Part shown: piece by piece, positions 56,771 to 58,988 of the stretch
Layout: every line of letters starts with the position of its first letter
Numbering within the stretch: the first letter of the stretch is position 1
NCBI GenBank assembly: GCA_046261875.1
Contig: JBHENW010000177.1
Location: 1-58,988, forward strand
Direction of reading: 5' to 3'
From: Thermoanaerobaculia bacterium
GTDB lineage: Bacteria > Acidobacteriota > Thermoanaerobaculia > UBA5066 > Gp7-AA6
DNA length: 58,988 nt
Notes under the pieces: generated by a model
Databases searched by the model: none
Told to the model about the DNA's origin: nothing
The model's input: only the letters and a program-made list of their open reading frames with translations
Position numbers and translations under genes: made by a program

Positions 56771-57238
56771 TCAGTGCGGGCGGCGGGGCGTCATCCCGCC
56801 CGCCGGAGCCGGGTGGTCCCGCGCCGCCGGCCTTTCGAAGGCGACGCCGAGAGAAGAGAGCCAGGCCTCCGCCCTTTCCTGAGCGCGACGCTCCTTGAAC
56901 TGGAAGAAGCGGCACTCCTCCTTGGGGTGACGCATCAGCGCGTCCCGGTAGGCCGCCGCGAAGTGCGGAGCTCCGAGCGCGGCGGTCAGATCGCTGCGGG
57001 CGGCGGGATCTTCGCAGCGCGAAAGAAACTCCTCGAGGTCTCCGCGAGACCTTTCGCCGCCGTCTCGCGGCACGGCCACGTAGCGCGGATCCGAGCTCAT
57101 CCGGGCGTGCCGTGCGGCGTCCCGTTCCAGCACCTGCTCGACTTCGCCGGACTGCCGGTCGAAGAAGTGCGTGATCTGATGGGAGCGGCTCTCGAAAGCC
57201 ACCACGAGACCCTCCCAGTCCACCCCGAAACCCGGCAT
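56771..57238 (-). CDS. UPF0158 family protein
   Basis: VDWEGL..AFE..HFFDR.SGEV, RYVAVP, F..YRD.L and WL..LG pattern. Confidence 0.8.
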   Translation of the reverse strand: MPGFGVDWEGLVVAFESRSHQITHFFDRQSGEVEQVLERDAARHARMSSDPRYVAVPRDGGERSRGDLEEFLSRCEDPAARSDLTAALGAPHFAAAYRDALMRHPKEECRFFQFKERRAQERAEAWLSSLGVAFERPAARDHPAPAGGMTPRRPH

Positions 57239-57269
57239 AAATCGCTATGATACGGAGTTTCAGAGACCT

Positions 57270-58391
57270 ATGAAGAAGATCGCCACGTTCGACGACTGGA
57301 TCGATGCCTTCTACGCCTGGCGCAAGGACATCGACCTGAGATTGCCCCCCAAGTTCGCCGAATACCCGTTCGAAGCGAAGTACGGTGAGATCAAGAGCAA
57401 CGAGATCGAGTTCGGGGACTTCCGGGGCGCCCGGAAGTGGGAGAGGGTCACGCAGATCCCCCACCAGCCGATCCGCGATGCGCTCCTCAACCTCATCGTC
57501 TACCAGGGCGACACCGAGTTCGCTTCCGTGGAGCAACAGCGCAACCTCCTGGAGACGTCGCCGTCGGAGTACGACACGGAGAGCATCTGCCGGATCATGC
57601 TCGAGGAGATGCGGCACGGTTGGCAGATGTGCCACCTGCTCGTCCACCACTTCGGCGAGACCGGCAAGGTCGAAGCGCGCAAGCAGCTAGAGCGCCGCTC
57701 CTGGGAGAACAACCGGCTGCTCGGGTCCTTCAACGTCAAGGTCGACAACTGGGTGGACTTCTTCGCTTACACCGAATTCGTGGACCGCGACGGCAAGTTC
57801 CAGCTCAACATGCTCTCCACCTCCGGGTTCGCGCCGCTCGCCCGCTCCATGGGACCCATGCTGCGCGAGGAAGGTTTTCACCTCGGCACGGGCCACATGG
57901 GCCTGCAGCGCATCGTGAAGGCCGGCGTCCTTCCGGTCCCGGTGCTCCAGAAGTTCATCAACAAGTGGCTCTCGACCGCCTACGACCTCTTCGGGAAGGA
58001 CTCCTCGTCGTCGGCCGAGTGGTTCTATGTCTGGGGGCTGAAGGGACGCTATGACGAGTCGCGCCAGGGCAGCGAAGTGGACAAGAGCCACCTGAACGAG
58101 CTGTCCCGCGAGATGTATCGCCAGGAAGTCGAGAAGTTGATCCAATCCATCAACCGCCTCATCCCCGAGGGAGGCCCCAAGCTCTACGCGCCGAGCCTCA
58201 AGTTCCATCGCGGGATCGGCGAGTACGCCGGCCAGACCTACTCGGTCACCGGCGAGCTGCTCACCCCGGAGGATTACGAGAAACACCTCGCGGAGGTGCT
58301 TCCGAGCCCGGCGGAGATGGAAGACGTCGGCCGGCTGATGCACGAGCCGGGCTGGATCGCCCCGCGGGAGGCGGTCGCATCGGCTTCGTGA
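57270..58391 (+). CDS. BoxB-like (PaaA/PaaC family) ferritin-like diiron protein
   Basis: QGDTEFASVEQQ, EEMRHGWQM, DRDGKFQL and EEGFH diiron ligands; FHRGIG.YAG. Confidence 0.85.
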   Translation: MKKIATFDDWIDAFYAWRKDIDLRLPPKFAEYPFEAKYGEIKSNEIEFGDFRGARKWERVTQIPHQPIRDALLNLIVYQGDTEFASVEQQRNLLETSPSEYDTESICRIMLEEMRHGWQMCHLLVHHFGETGKVEARKQLERRSWENNRLLGSFNVKVDNWVDFFAYTEFVDRDGKFQLNMLSTSGFAPLARSMGPMLREEGFHLGTGHMGLQRIVKAGVLPVPVLQKFINKWLSTAYDLFGKDSSSSAEWFYVWGLKGRYDESRQGSEVDKSHLNELSREMYRQEVEKLIQSINRLIPEGGPKLYAPSLKFHRGIGEYAGQTYSVTGELLTPEDYEKHLAEVLPSPAEMEDVGRLMHEPGWIAPREAVASAS

Positions 58392-58954
58392 AGACGGCTT
58401 CCCCTGCGGTTCGGCCCGAGCCCGCTCCGGCGGGCTCTTTTCTTTCCGTTCGCCGCAAGCTTCTCGCGTGGTCCCGCGCCCAGGATCGGAAACTTCCTTG
58501 GCGAGGAACGCGCGATCCGTACCGCATCTGGGTGTCGGAAGTGATGCTCCAGCAGACCACGGTCTCCGCGGTCCTGCGCCGCTACGAGGCGTTCCTGAGG
58601 CGGTTCCCCGATCTTTCGTCCCTCGCGCGCGCGAGAGAGGAGAGCGTCCTGGCGGCCTGGTCCGGGCTGGGGTACTACGCCCGCGCCCGGAACCTGTGGC
58701 GCGCCGCGCGGCAGGTTCTCCGCGAGCACGCGGGGCGAGTCCCTTCGGACCCGCACAGCCTGCGCCGCCTCCCCGGCTTCGGGGAGTACATGGCCGCGGT
58801 GGTCCCGTCGCTGGCTTTCGGGGCGCGGCTTCCGGCGGCCGACGCGAACGTCGGGCGCGTGCTTTCGCGGCTCCGGAGGATCGGAGCGCCCTCCGGAACG
58901 GCCCGCCGGCGAACCCGTCGTAGTCGTAGTCGCAGTCGACCATCGGGGAGGTGA
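58388..58954 (+). pseudogene. mutY: A/G-specific adenine glycosylase MutY, C-terminally truncated
   Basis: PYRIWVSEVMLQQT, WSGLGYYARARNL, HhH LPGFG.Y and DANV.RV are present; it ends before the [4Fe-4S] loop and the C-terminal domain. Confidence 0.75.
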
Positions 58955-58988
58955 CGTCGAGTGCGTATTCGGCGGCGGTTCCGACGAA

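Noticed and set aside
58918-58939. (GTCGTA)n short tandem repeat
   Set aside because: Only about 3.5 imperfect units, explained by the codons for DCDYDYD on the minus strand.

Overview
A GC-rich (about 70% by eye) bacterial chromosomal window, most likely Acidobacteriota (Thermoanaerobaculia-like). The taxon is inferred from gene content: acidobacterial VWA protein, Oar-type TonB receptor, Thr-type sulfatase-TPR, DUF1800/DUF1501. About 1-38.9 kb is mostly intact housekeeping DNA: mazG; an alkaline-phosphatase-family/envC/S41/yibQ envelope operon; topoisomerase IB; a RluA-family gene; ompA; a TrmJ-family gene; the mdh-sdhCAB-sucC-sucD-ndk operon; a DEAD-box helicase; an atypical rho; DUF1501/DUF1800; and an AmmeMemoRadiSam radical SAM gene. 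About 38.9-55.1 kb is an accessory catabolic/uptake region (hydrolase, Rid, M19 dipeptidase, acyl-CoA ligases, oxidoreductase, epimerase, MFS, TonB receptor, sulfatase) with many frameshifts, internal deletions and gene fragments. The right end holds DUF5777, CBM9-like, UPF0158 and BoxB-like diiron genes and a truncated mutY. The most notable observations are: (1) a modular intergenic repeat family with four related copies, one bounded by 19-bp inverted repeats; (2) TANNNT -10 boxes 6-9 nt before many start codons, suggesting widespread leaderless mRNAs; (3) an S41 protease lacking both catalytic residues; (4) a Rho with a degenerate primary RNA-binding site and a poly-Arg tract; (5) an unannotated small ORF coupled to DUF1800. 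No rRNA, tRNA, CRISPR array or transposase was seen. All family calls come from motif recognition; no database searches were run.
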